The notes: generated by a model not told the origin, from the letters alone. A DNA stretch of 63,194 bases, filler included, from Octopus bimaculoides (GCF_001194135.2; 8 parts of 7 records of this genome joined end to end with filler, not necessarily neighbours in it); one strand, 5' to 3'. Shown: positions 12,601-26,770, numbered from the whole stretch's first letter. Numbers and translations: made by a program.

Positions 12601-13165
12601 GGGGTGAAAAACAAGATGGGAATTTGAAAGAAGTATTTATAAAACTAGTTTTTAAATATCAAATGGTGATTGGGGGGGATCCACCAGATTAAAATATATA
12701 AAAAAAAAAAGGGGGTCCAAAGATAAGAAATGATTGAGAAATACTGACCTACACTTTTAGTATTATTTTGCTGCTCTTTATCCTTTTTCTGCACTGCCAG
12801 TCATCACCTCCTCTCTCCTGATGTTGAGACTGAACAACAGCCTCAGGGAGTAGATGATGATATCTCCTCCTCTCTTCTCTCTAGTATCTGGTTTGGAAGC
12901 TCTCTACACCAGTATCATACAGATTTCGAAGCCTTTTGATTAACAGGCAGTGCCACAAACTGATTGGGGGTGACAGTGCAGAAAATGAGAAACTGCTCAA
13001 GACGATCATGGAGATGAAGCTTTGGATGTCCACAAGGCCTACCTCAAGTCTTGATCTACTGAAGAAAACCGTCTTTGGGAGTTGGTTGCCCAGCATCCGA
13101 ACCCACACCTGATACAAACTAACATAAACAATAGTTAAATAATAATAAAAATAATATAAACTTAC

Positions 13166-13351
13166 TGTTTCTCGTATTCCATCATAGCGGTGTATTATTC
13201 CACTTTGAAGTATGATCTTGAGGCAATTACCGCAGGCACGTTTCAGCCAACAGACAGACTCAATATCACTGCTTGAATATTGATCGACTTTACCAGTCTT
13301 TAAGTTCTTGAACACCACATTTTCTCTTTGAAGTTTTAATTTTCCAGGATT
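13166..13351 (-). CDS. SSRP1: FACT complex subunit SSRP1, internal exon (N-terminal PH-like/dimerisation region)
   Basis: Translates to NPGKLKLQRENVVFKNLKTGKVDQYSSSDIESVCWLKRACGNCLKIILQSGIIHRYDGIRET, aligning to human NDGRLRLSRQGIIFKNSKTGKVD...YKYDGFRES. Acceptor ttgttgtttag, donor gtaagt, 186 nt, phase 0/0. Confidence 0.93.
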
Positions 13352-13648
13352 CTAAACAACAAAACATGAGATTGCATTAACCCTTTTAGTCCAGAGGTGG
13401 GGAAATGTTTTAGTGTGGCGGGCAAAAATTTCCAATGAAAATGTCTGTGGGCAGACCACATGTTCTAACTCTTATATCTGTGTAAATCTTGTATATATAT
13501 CTATGTATAATTTGATATACATTAATAAAAGATAAGTTTAACACATTAAATTAAGGTGTAACATCTCCATTAACGCCACCACTGAATTTAGGATGTTTAT
13601 ATTACTTATGAGGTATACTATATTTTTCAGCTAGAGTATAGTTGGGTC

Positions 13649-14211
13649 TCAACCAAGAAGGGAGCTTCATGGGAAAAAGGTTCTTCTCTCTATCTGGTGG
13701 GATTGCAAAGGAGTAATTCACTTTGAATTGTTACCACCTAATGCAACAATCAATGTTCAAGTCTACTGTCAGCAATTACAACATTTGAACCAAGCTTTGA
13801 AGAAAAAAAGACCCGCTTTAGTGAATCAATGTTTCATCAGGACAATGCGCGAACCCACACTGCAAAGAACACATCACAGAAGATCGAAGAGCTTGGTTGG
13901 GAAAAAATTCCTCATTCACCTTATTCTCCTGACCTTGCTCCTTCAGACTACCATTTGTTTAATAGTTTACAGAATCATTTGGGGAACATAACTTTCACAA
14001 AAGCCAGGAAGAGGTCAAAACTGACATTTCAGTTCTTCGCTTTGAAACCAAAAGAGTTTTACATTGATGGGATTAAAAAGCTGGTAAATAGATGGAAGGA
14101 AGTCATAGATAATCAGGAAAGTACATTGATGATTAAATTTCAATTAAATATAACATTTGATTACTTGTTCTCTTTATTCAAAATTCAGACAGAACTTATG
14201 GGATGACCTGA
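13649..14211 (+). mobile_element. Mariner (Mos1/SETMAR-like) 3' half, pseudogenised
   Basis: FHQDNARTH and YSPDLAPSDY motifs. TIR end ...ggatgacctga followed by TA at 14212-14213. Confidence 0.88.
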
Positions 14212-15039
14212 TAGAAAACACTTCCTAAGGTGCCATGCAGTGGGACTGAACCTGGAACCATGTGACTGGGAAGCCAGCTTTTTACCACAGAGCAAACACC
14301 TAGTAACTCGAGGGCACATCTTTCCTCTACAACTAGACATCTGTTCTTGTTTCCCTATCATACTTTAACTTCTCATTAGCTGATATAAAGCCACTTCCTT
14401 CAATACTTGCAACCGCTTTGTTGTGTGTAGGGGTTTTGCAAATTACTTGGTGACATCACTGGTATCAGTGCCACATAAAAAGCACCTAGTACACTGAGTG
14501 GTTAGCATTAAGAAGGGGCACCCAGCTGTAGAAACCCTGCCAAAAGCAGACACTGACATTTTGTGCAATCCTCTGACTTGCCAGCTCTTGTCAAACCATC
14601 CAACTCATGTCAGCATGGAAAATGGGTATTAAATGATGGTGATGATGATAATAGGCATCTTTCACCTTTTGGACTGGCTCTTGTGCGGGTGGCACATAAA
14701 AGACACCATTTCGAGCGTGGCCGTTTTCGTGCAGGTGACACGTAAAAGCACCCACTACACTCTCTGAGTGGTTGGCGTTAGGAAGGGCACCCAGCTGTAG
14801 AAACTCTGCCATATTGGATTGGTGCCTGGTGTTGCCATCCGGTTTCACCAGTCCTCAGTCAAATCGGCCAACCCATGCTAGCATGGAAAGCGGACGTTAA
14901 ACGACGATGATGATGACCCTTGGTACATTTATTCTTCAAAACCTGGCACTTATTTGTTTCTTTATTGCTAAACCACTAAGTTCTGGGATGTAAACAAACC
15001 AACACCAATTGTCAAATAGTATGTGGTGGGTACATATGG

Positions 15040-15470
15040 TGCTGTCTACATCTTATGCGGAGTGTGACCACCTCCTGTACCTACACCTTAGATCCATCAT
15101 GGCGTCTGATGTGGCTTATTAAACCAGACAATGTTTTGAAAAGACACCCACATAGATTGCATATCCAATTTGGACCACTAATAGCCGCAGTTAAGTTCTG
15201 ATCCTTGTGGATCTTAAGATGTCTTTTCAGGCAGACCGTATGGCATACATTGGATTGAAAGGTGTGCACAGACATATAGGCAGAATAATTCGTGGAGGTT
15301 CGTTTTTCATGGGTCTGCAAATGAGATTTGAGCTCAGCAAAGGAAAGGCATGGCCTGTCATAAAATGTGCGCACAAAAAGGTCATTGTGATTCACCTTCT
15401 CGATCATAAAGCTCTTCTTTAAAAATCTCAAGTCTTGCATTCATTACCTTGGCCTCTTCAAGCACTTTCA
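15040..15470 (-). mobile_element. RTE-type LINE 3' end with C2H2 zinc-finger remnants
   Basis: ORF 15081-15440 ends WICNLCGCLFKTLSGLISHIRRH, followed by a short 3' tail. Confidence 0.6.
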
Positions 15471-15487
15471 CTCCACACTTTTATATA

Positions 15488-15526
<39 letters not shown>

Positions 15527-17895
15527 GAAATATTCAAACACTGAGATTTGAAGTTAGATGTCACTACTGTTCATATCATCTGTGGATAAATTCAGAATTT
15601 GATGATATCACCAGTAGTAGCATTGGTGGAATGCAGTTATGATAGCTTTATCGAGCTATGAAATATCGTAATGATGCTTAATGAGCATCTACCTGCTAGA
15701 AATAAGAGCCAAGTCTTAAATAATCCACCGTAGTGCACCAATATAACAGAGAAAAACAGTATGCGAGGAAAACAAACCGAATTAAAACATTTAACAACAC
15801 ATATATTTCAGTGGGTGGAGATCCAGGATTTTGTTTTGGGTGTTCCCCAAAACTTTATAAGGTGGGAATCACAATTTGTAACAAATGGACCCATTTTTAT
15901 GTATTCTTTGTTGTAGAAGACCATTTACATATGAAACAGTAGAAACTGCTGGAAATAAAATAACAATTTTATTATATTTGCAACAGCTCAACACCCCTGC
16001 ACCTGCCACTGTATGTATATACACACACACACATACACATTCAATGGGCTTCCATGCAGTTTCTGTCTACCAAATTCACTCACAAGGTATTAGTTGGTCC
16101 GGCGCTATAGTAGCAGATACTTGTCCAAGGTGCTGCACAACAAATACATACAAGAGGAGATAGGAATCCTTTTGTCATAATATTGTTTTTAAATACTCCA
16201 ACGTCACTAACAAGAAAACGGTATAGAAAATTCGATGGATTTCGAAATAGCTGTCAAGCATAAACTGAAATTTCTTGGGGGAAATTTTTGTTGTTTCATA
16301 ATTCCTTACATTCTAAATTTCGCATGAAAACATTTTGCAAAAACATCTCTGTTTTTGAAACATAACTCCCCACGCCATCGGAATGTGTCATGATTAAATG
16401 ACAAAAGAAGAAACGGAAAAAAATATGGATGGTGGAGGAGGGTATTCTGAAGGTTCAATGAAGGATTGGTGGGTGGGGATTAAAGAGCACAGATTTTTGA
16501 AAAAAAAAAAAAAAATTCTCTTGAATGCGAATTACATGGGTTTTAGAATGAGGGATATCAACAATCCTTCGGTATTGATACATGACGTCATTACCCTACA
16601 CACAGCCTTTCATCATGATATAAAGCGGTTAGGTTGAAAAAGTGGGTGAATAACGACATTTCCTCATCCCGACACCCTGTGGACTAATATCGAAGGATCG
16701 TCGGGATATTCATAAAATGACGGAAAATACAGCAACAAAAAACATAACAAGAAATTCCACAGCTAGTCTGCATAGGATTGTTTGTTTACCAGATCATTCA
16801 CAGACATAATACTATAAGCCAAAATACAGCATAAACCTAATTGTATCGTGTGTGAATTCTCCAGCCACATGTACTTCTGTTTGAAGTGATTAACAACAAA
16901 CAATAATGGAGTTATTCGGGATTGAGGATTAACAATGGGATTTGTCGATTATATAATTCCATTCTCTTCTTGGATATATTGCTTGATTTGTACTTTATTT
17001 TATCAACCCAAGAACGGTAAAAGACAATGTTGATCTCGCCGAAATTCGAACTCAGATTGTAAAGGGAAGTAACTACATTATCGCATGGCATTTTCCTCAA
17101 GCAATCTACCGACCCTGCTAATTCATTTGCGTATAATTAATAAATCTTCCTTCTGGTAAGAAATAAACCCGTAAATCTACAGAAGGGAGTGGGGGTTGAG
17201 ACTGAGACAATCGTATTTCTATTAATTAACGATTTTAACTATTTCAAGAGAATGAAATAGGCAAAAGTGATTTAGCTTTCACAAAATAAAAGCCGTAGTA
17301 AGCGCTTTCGCGCGCGTAATCTTTCTTTGATACATTCATATCTATGGATCCACTAATATTTATGGTTTAGTGGTTTCAAGGAAAGGAAATTTTAAGGATC
17401 ATTTCGGCCGATCTCGGATTTATTATTAGAAGAGACAGCGGAAATAAGGATAGCTGATATTGTTGTAAATAAACTAGCGACAACCAAGTATTGAAACTGG
17501 GTCGTGAGGGTGGCGAATTGGAGACATTTTTTTTTTATTAATTAATTGTGCGACGCTCAGTCAGACATGCTTGCACATAGTTATATATATCTCTTTCACT
17601 CTCCACCCACACTTATATTTATAGATACATACACGCGCACATACACACACATACATATAAAACGCATATATATACATATAAAACGCATATATATATATAT
17701 ATATATATGCACACACACATGCATCTAAATTTTATACATCCGTGTTATATACGTTAGATCATCTAGCATACATCTCTCTCTCTCTCTCTCATATANNNNN
17801 NNNNNNNNNNNNNNNNNNNNNNNNNNNNNNNNNNNNNNNTTAATTAATTAANNNNNNNNNNNNNNNNNNNNNNNNNNNNNNNNNNNNNNNNNNNN

Positions 17896-18763
17896 AAAAT
17901 CCTGTATTATCAGTTGAAGAATTGGCAATAAAGCTTAGTTCAAACCATACAACTGTTCATCGTCATCTTCAACAACTTGGAAAGGTTCCTAAACTTGGAA
18001 AATGGGTGCCTCATGATTTGTCCGAAAGCAACCGCAAATCTTGAGTTGACATCTGCTCTTCTCTCCATTCTCTCGAACTCATTTCACCCTTTTTAGATAG
18101 ACTTGTGACTGGTGACAAAAAATGGATCTTCTATCGAAATGTTAAACGTCGTAAACAGTGGCTTCGTAAAAGGGAAAAGGCTCAACCACAACCGAGAAGG
18201 GAACTTCATGGAAAAAAAGGTTTTCCTCTCTATCTGGTGGGATTGCAAAGGAGTAATTTTACTTCGAATTGTTACCACCTAATGCAACAATCAATGCTCA
18301 AGTCTACTGTCAGCAATTACAGCGTTTGAACCAAGCTTCGAAGAAAAAAAGACCCGCTTTAGTGAATCGAAAAGGAGTGATGTTTCATCAGGACAATGCG
18401 TGACCCCACACTGCAAAGATCACATCACAGAAGATCGACGATCATGGCTGGGAAAAAATTCCTCATCTACCTAATTCTCCCGACCTTGCTCCTTCAGACT
18501 ACCGTTTGTTTCGTAGTTTACAGAATCATTTGGGGGACATAATTTTCGCAAGCCAGAAGGAGGTCGAAACTGACATTTAAGAGTTCTTCACTTTGAAACC
18601 AAAAGAGGTTTACATTGATGGGATTAAAAAGCTTGTAAATAGATGGAAGGAAGTCATAGATAATCAGGGAAAGTACATTGATGATTAAATTTCAATTAAA
18701 TATAACATTTGATCACTTGTTTTCTTTATTCAAACTTCGGACAGAACTTTTGGGATGACCTGA
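17896..18763 (+). mobile_element. Mariner transposon, same family as 13649-14211, 5' end lost in gap
   Basis: WVPHDL, VTGDKKW, HQDNA*PH and SPDLAPSDY motifs with stops and frameshifts. TIR end gggatgacctga followed by TA. Confidence 0.9.
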
Positions 18764-19391
18764 TAAAACTTTGAACTACTGATTATCTAGTACATGAGTC
18801 TGACATCCTAGTTAATGTGTACTTTGATACAGTGTACCTTGTTACTGTATGTATGCATATCTAGCCAGCAAGTTATAAAGTTAGGAAGTATTGAAAAGCA
18901 AATGGTTAGTTTATGACAGTCGAGTTAGTATCTATTTAGTTAGGAAGTATCTCAAGTTGCATTTCATGATAGTAAGAACATAGTTATTTGGTGTTAAGTT
19001 AGTGAATGTATGATTAACAATTGAATATTCGGCGAGTATTGATTTAGTTAGTATCTAGCTAATCAGTTAATCAGTGTCAGTTTAATGAGTACCTAATTAA
19101 TGAATGATTGGTTAGCGATGGACTAGTTTGAAAGCCTATTTAAGGAGTGCCACTTTGTGCTTTTCTAGTTAGTTGTAGTCCTTCTTTAGCAACTTATGCA
19201 ACTCACATAAGAGAAGTTCAGCTTTCGAGAGAGAGAGAGAGAGAGAGAGCGAGAGGAAAAGAGAGAAAGAGGGAAAGATGAAGATCGAGAGAGTGAAAGA
19301 GAAAGTAAGAGTGATGGAAGGAAGAGAATGAAAGAGAGAGGGAAGAGAGTGAGAGAGAGAGAAGCAGAGGTAAATAGATAGATAGAGTGTC

Positions 19392-19433
<42 letters not shown>

Positions 19434-19661
19434 GATAGATAAATACATAGATAGAGAGTGAGTGAGTGAGTGAGTGAGTGAGAGAGAGAGAGAAAGAGAA
19501 AAGGAAACAGCATATATAGGATCCAAATTTTACATTTAAAAATGTACCTTCGGAAAGATAATGTGCGCGGATTCCAGAACGAGTACATTGGTTTTTATTT
19601 CGAGAATATTCAGGCGCTATGCTTTGTGAATCGGACGTTTACGCTTGTTGACGTTTGAATG

Positions 19662-19750
<89 letters not shown>

Positions 19751-19943
19751 GTGTACAAATGAAAGAACGTGGTACTGATCACATATTCGGTAGGTGTTAC
19801 ATGTATTATTTATTTAATAACATTTTGATTCAGCGTCATTGAGTAAAATACCTTAACCACTAGGCCACATATGTATATATGTATATATATATATATGAAT
19901 GTATATACATATATATATATACACACACGCTCATAGATATACA

Positions 19944-20033
<90 letters not shown>

Positions 20034-20249
20034 TGTCTGTCTGTCTATCTACATACGCACACAGACACACTCACTCAGGCACACACAAATTTAAAAGACG
20101 ACGAGGTGAAAAACAAACAGGGTGTTTAGGTCGACGCTCTAGAAAATTAGGTAGTTTTTATACATACATTCATACATACATACATTCATGCACAGACACA
20201 CACACACACACACACATATACATGTATGTGTATCCACGAACATACTAAC

Positions 20250-20342
20250 ATATACTTATACAAGCATACAGCTATATACTTATACAAACATACAACTATA
20301 TACTTATACAAACATACAACTATATACTTATACAAACATACA
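20250..20342. repeat. 24-bp minisatellite (ctatatacttatacaaacatacaa), about 4 units
   Basis: Seen directly and as a YTYTNIQL repeat in the ORF track. Confidence 0.8.
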
Positions 20343-21917
20343 AACACACTTATATAAATATATTAATATATTTCTTTCCAAACATAATTGTACAAGTACA
20401 TCGACCAAAAAAAAAAAAAAATGAACCTAATCTAACTTAATGTAGGCCTAGCGAAAAATGTCCGCAATTACCATAACAGGTTGTAACTCCACCTACTAAT
20501 TTCTCTTATGTTTATACTTCATGGAAAGTTTGTCTGTAATTTAAATGTTAGCTGACGAGAGCTAGTAACGGTTATGTAGTAATGATGGTGGTAGTGGTAG
20601 GAGTGTTCGTGAAAGGGGTAGATATAGCTTGTTGTGGAGAAAGGGTTATAGGAAAATATTTTGTTTGTATTGCAGTTTATTGCAATAGCCATGACTGTAG
20701 CATCGCTTCTAAGCTGCAGATATGAACGTAAGTATGTATGTGTGTGTGCGTGACTGCGCACGTGTGTTTGTATGTATACGCAGACACACACACACATTAG
20801 TTCTATATAATAGAAAAAGAAGTCCATATAAAAGATGAAGCGATAATCATTGTCCTAAAAATGGCGTAACTCAAATGTCTATTTGAAGCAAGACTCAACT
20901 TAAATTCAGAAAAAACTGGAACAATTTAAATATTACAAAGCAAAGCCTTGTTGTGGGTGTAATGAGAATGTAAACACATTCATTCTATACTCTTGAAGTG
21001 GAAAAATAACAAAGAAGGAGACTGCCAGGAGACTCTTTTCATTATTGACCGCCCTGCCGAATACGTATCCAGATTTCCACTCAATAGAAGAGGTCAACAA
21101 CTATATAAAGCAATCATAGATTAAGTTACCACATTAGTGCCTGGTTTAATTTGCATATTTGTGCCTTTGACGGCTCGTCTTTTGTGGTCTTCCCTAAGTC
21201 TATACGATGCAGATGGCATTGTTTGTATCTGCTTGGTTTGGATGATGTTACACTACCAACTCATGCACTCATTAAAGAGTTTTACTGTCGTTTCGCTTGC
21301 TATAAGGATGTAAAAACCAAAGCAGTTATTCATGCTTCACCAAAACTAAAGACTCAAGAAGCAGGACATATTAGCAGGAATCTAGTGATAAGAAACAAAC
21401 AAAATCAGAGGCAGTTAGAATGCTACCTAGAATAAATTACTAGCCTGCTAGCCTTGGCTATGTCAAGATGGTTGTTTTTATGAATTCTTCGTCCCACTTA
21501 GATTTTAAATACTGCCACAATAGTAATATGTCCATTCTGCTGAAGTTTTCAGTAACTTTTCTATATCTTTGTGGAGCTGAAGATTGCTCTGCATTTTGCA
21601 TTTAATATGATGATCGCATTACTTAAATAAATGGAGTAGCATGAAACGTGCGTACTGCAATAACATTTAAAATCCGTGTTGTTGTTTTTTTATTTTTATA
21701 CATATATACATATATATACATACATATATATATATACACATATATATACATAAATATATACATATTTATATATATATAAATATGCATATATATACATATA
21801 TACATGTATATATATATACATATATAAACATATATATATATATACACACATACACACACACACACACACAAACATTCATATACACATATATATACACATA
21901 TATACATACATATATAT

Positions 21918-22014
<97 letters not shown>

Positions 22015-22041
22015 AATATATACGTACATATATACATATAT

Positions 22042-23424
22042 AAATTAGGAAATGGCGTTAAACGCAGGTTTTATTCAAATCTTCATACTTCCGACATATG
22101 TTTCGAAGTAAACATTGATACTATTCTGGTGTGAATAAAATGATATAAAACACTGCAATCATCTCGTAACAACAATATAAATTATAGTCATCGAAAAATG
22201 TAATTTTGCAACGTAATGGAGATAACCGTTCTTTAATTCCCTTTATACGTAATGAAAGTAAGCCCTAATAACAAGGTATGTTCTAGTAAAACTGTTTGGT
22301 TGATAATTCCATATTATAAGCAGATCAAATCCAACCTCCCTCATCAGTTTCGTGAAGCTATAGCGAAGAATTTCCGCCAAAATTCAAGATACCATTCCAT
22401 TATCAGTTCACACCGAATTTAGAATAAGGTTTCCAAACATCAAAGACCTTTCACAAATCATCTTTTCACATAACAATAAGTTGCTAAATACAAATCCACT
22501 TAATGAAAATGATCATTGATATTATTAACACTAACCATTCTTTGACCAATAATAACAACAATATTAGTATTTCTGATTTAAATTTAGATCGTGTTCGTTT
22601 CCTTAGCAGTACTTCTAGGACTAGAAACTCTGTTTATCAATGTAAAATTACTTTCAGTTCTGATGTCTTTTTTTTTACATAGGTAGTTCTTCATCTCAGT
22701 TGAATAAAATATATCTAACCGTTACTCTACATTTAGACATATCAATAAACGCAACAATACAGGGCTTAGTAAATTAATTTGGTCTCTTAAGGAATATAAT
22801 AAACAATTTGATTTGGAATGGAATATTCTATCTAGATCCTTTCCATATGATAAAGTTAAATCTTTTTGTCCGCTCTGTAACGAAGAGCAATATCTCATTC
22901 TGTTCTCGGAGAATTCTCTTGTAAACAAGTTTAAAGAACGCGTTTATCGTTGCAAACATTGGCAAAAACATATCTTTAGTTCCTATAGTTTCTACCAATC
23001 TATAAAATTCGACTGTTAACTGTTTTTTTTACATTTCATTTTCACTATATATACCTATTTCCACTCTTTTAAGCTTTATTCCCATTCATCTTTCGCACTA
23101 TATTTCTCCACTCTTAATTTTCTGTTAATTTCTTTCTTTCTCCTCCTTCTCTTTCTCTAAATTACCTTTGACGTTAAATCTATTAACGTTTTTTTTTTTT
23201 AAACTTGCCAGCGTTCTCCTTCATCATATACGCGGTAATCACATTCGGTTAAAATGGCTTATTGATGTGCTTTGTTTCTCCTTTTTTTTTTGTCCCTGAC
23301 GAAGTGATTGCATTGTTTTACAGCATTTTATTCCCTTCGGAATGATAATAATACTTTCTTCGAAATATATGTCGGAAGTATAAAGATTTGAATAACACCT
23401 GCGTTTAACTCCATTTCTTAATTT
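22042..23424 (+). mobile_element. Penelope-like element, 5'-truncated, GIY-YIG remnant, inverted terminal repeats
   Basis: Plus strand VWLIIPYY...SHNNKLL...SVYQCKIT...YIGSSS...LSKLIWSLKE...WNIL...CPLCNEE...CKH. 22042-22170 is an inverted copy of about 23300-23424. Confidence 0.82.
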
Positions 23425-23593
23425 ATCTATGTTATACAAAAACATTTCACTTAACCNNNNNNNNNNNNNNNNNNNNNNNNNNNNNNNNNNNNNNNNNNNN
23501 NNNNNNNNNNNNNNNNNNNNNNNNNNNNNNNNNNNNNNNNNNNNNNNNNNNNNNNNNNNNNNNNNNNNNNNNNNNNNNNNNNNNNNNNNNNNN

Positions 23594-23655
<62 letters not shown>

Positions 23656-26099
23656 CATAGTGAAAGGATAAAAGTGAAACTATAACTTACTCCATCGAAA
23701 GTTTCACTTTTATTCTTCGAGTTTTGAGACGTTATACGGTAAAAGTGCCAATGTCGCATTGTTTTAATCCAAAATAAAAGCATGTTGTCACTCCTGGATC
23801 TTATAGTATTGCCACGTAACGTTTGATTTGATTTGTTTGAACTGTTTGAGAATGCTTTGAGAACAGATAGTGATAAAAAGGATTTTATATATGTATATAT
23901 ATATATATATAGATGATTGGATATATAGTAACCGAAGTATTGCTCTGAAAAATAGAAACCAGAAAGGGAAAAGGTAAAAATAGTGTCGCCTGTATGATTC
24001 GGCGAGACTATGGAGTACAAAAGTGTAATAAACCAACAAATAACTATAATTAGAGTAGCTTGTTGAATTGTTCGTTGGCAGAAAGTCGAAACTTGTTGGT
24101 TATTTTTGTTCTGTTATTGTTAGGTTCTCGCATGTCTGATCTCGTTTCCCATTTGGCCAAATTAAATAAATGTCAGCATTTAATTTATTCATGTCGTTCA
24201 ACATCTTTGCTGTTTCCTAAGTAAATTTCATTTAACAACACTTTTACTTCTTTCACACAGAAATGGCGGGGAAAATAATGAGTTGTCTTAATTGGGAGAT
24301 GTCATATTTTTATCATACGTTTCTGCTTTAGGTCGCTGGCAAGAAGTATTCTTTGTTAAAAATATAAATTGATAATAACATTAACAAGAATAGTTTCAAA
24401 TTTTGTTCCAAACCAGAAATTTTAGAAGGGGGTAGCCCAACATATCGACCCCAGTACTTGACAAGAACTTTATTTTATCGACCCCGAAAGGATAAAAGGC
24501 ATAGTTGATCAGGAAGTGCAAACCTCTATATTGTTAAACTTTTGTCACTTTTGAAAAATAATGTGTTCTAACTTTGACACATAGAGCATAGATTTTGGTA
24601 GCATTGGGGGTGTTATCCGTTAAATTAACCTGAATATTTGACATTTATTTTATCAATCCTGGAGGATATAAAGAAATGTCGACCACGAGAGACATAACTA
24701 AATATCAAAAATCATTTTCTCAGCGAATTACTGTTTTTGTTACTACTATGCTTCAAAAGAAAAAAAAGAAGTATATTTGAACATTCAAATGAAAAATATT
24801 TATATAAAATGTAGCTTCAAAATACTGTATGGTATCTAATTTTATATTCCGATTTCAAATCCCGTCAAGCCAAATTTGGTTTTCACCGTCCGCTCTGGCG
24901 TTTGGTCCAGTATGAGAATTCTAAAGCATGTAACTTCTATGTTGAAGACCTTTTAATCCTAGATAATAACCAAATGAGCATACTCTCCAAAAACAATATA
25001 ATTATACAAAAATAATTATATTATTCTAAAAATATAAAAAATATCATGTCCCCNNNNNNNNNNNNNNNNNNNNNNNNNNNNNNNNNNNNNNNNNNNNNNN
25101 NNNNNNNNNNNNNNNNNNNNNNNNNNNNAATATATCCTATTTGCATGGAGGCATTTCTTATTTATACAAAAAGGGTGACTCAAGTACTTTATTAAATTAG
25201 ATACAGGTTTCCAACCTGAAAGAAACCCTACACGTATCAATTATTACCAGTAATATTTTTTAAAGCATTAAATAATCTTTAAAAAAAAATGTAACTTTTA
25301 CCCCATTTTCCCAATCAACCAAATGTCCACATATTAACCTTAGGGTTTTTTTCTATTTTATCTTCACTAAGAAGGCTTGTTTTGCTTTTCCTTCCTTTTA
25401 TCTTTACACTATCTTCACTTCTAATGCATCTTCAAATCTAGAGAAACATCGAAAGTTCTCTTTCAAATAACATAGTCGGCAGAAACTAATTCTACTCACT
25501 GCAAAAAAATAAAACCTATACAATTGTTGTATGTAGCTATTCACTGTAACACATCTTCTCAAAAAGTTACTTTGTTTTACTTTAGATACTGTTTTCTAGT
25601 TTATTTATTATTTTTGGTTTTAACTGTTAACTTTATATTTTGTGTTTTTATTTGATGTACAACGTAGACTCATGTGTTCAGCATTGGCATCATTGTTGAG
25701 CAAGCAAAAAAACTTATGTTTCTAGGCATTCATGTCAAGAGTGTTTTATCTTTACATTTTTATTTAATTATTACTTATTTCACAATCTTTATCTATTCCA
25801 GCTATCGAAGCATCGCTTAAGAGTATTGTCAAAATATACTAGATATTTATCAGTTTTAATATTGAATAACAAAATTATTTTAAGATACTGTTGATTTATG
25901 TTTTGTATTTTACAGAATTCAGAACAAAAACAAAGAAAACATCTTCAGATGATCAAAAGCTGTTGTACCATTGATACGATAAATGTCTATACGAAATATG
26001 CAAGCTTTGTATAAAGGCAAGTCACTAGAGCAGTGAACAAACTGCCCAGCGATATTTAGATAGGCATCTTTACATTCTGGTTTCAAACCGTAACCCTTC

Positions 26100-26770
26100 T
26101 TCAAATGTTGTGGCAGTTTGCATGTTAGAAATCAGTACCATTAGCTTAAGCACCTAACATTGAAAATAACGAAAGTCTCTAATTTCATGTATCCCATTTT
26201 CTTGGAGTCCCCATCACGTTGTGGATCATTCACGTTTAGTCAGCCTTCATTGAGCAGGCATTTGATCAAAAGCACTCTAGCCCTTATATCTAGGACTATA
26301 TTATCTAATGTATCTTTCCTTAATTTAAGACGATCAGGAGTGGCTTTAAGAAATTCTGACAGCAGGTCGGTATTCATGGTAGTCCATATGCCGTCCCTAA
26401 ACCCCTTTTTAGGTTTACACCGATTGCGTTTTCCCTCTGCCAGCTTGTCATAAAACAGCTGTTTGGGTGCACGTTCATCCGCCATTCGAACAATATGGCC
26501 AGACCATCTCAGTGTCTGGAGTAAAAAAAAAAAAATTAATGTTTAAAATGTGGCGAAGGCATTCTTGGTGGAATATTTTTCATAATACGCCCATGTTTCA
26601 GAGGAATACAACAGGGATGGTAAGACAATTGATTTGTAAAGAGCCGGCGCCAAACGCATGACTGAAAACCACCAAATACTTGGGCTGTCCTTTAAATCCG
26701 CAGATGTATATCTGTGTCCAGATGTCCATCATTTTGTACATAGCTTCCGGGGTAGATGAAAGAGTCAGCA
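26100..26770 (-). mobile_element. RTE-clade LINE fragment, post-RT region
   Basis: LRWSGHIVRMADERAPKQLFYDKLAEGKRNRCKPKKGFRD, characteristic of the RTE ORF C-terminal half. Confidence 0.78.

Noticed and set aside
12881-13318. 145-aa ORF as a complete protein
   Set aside because: Only 13166-13351 is SSRP1-like and bounded by splice sites. The rest is intron read-through.
16398-16637. MTKEETEKNMDGGGGYSEGSM as the missing SSRP1 first coding exon
   Set aside because: Wrong strand and no real similarity to MAETLEFNDVYQEVKGSM beyond GSM.
25915-26010. Candidate exon after a strong ttttgtattttacag acceptor
   Set aside because: The short frame has no recognisable homology or clear donor, and it abuts an RTE remnant.
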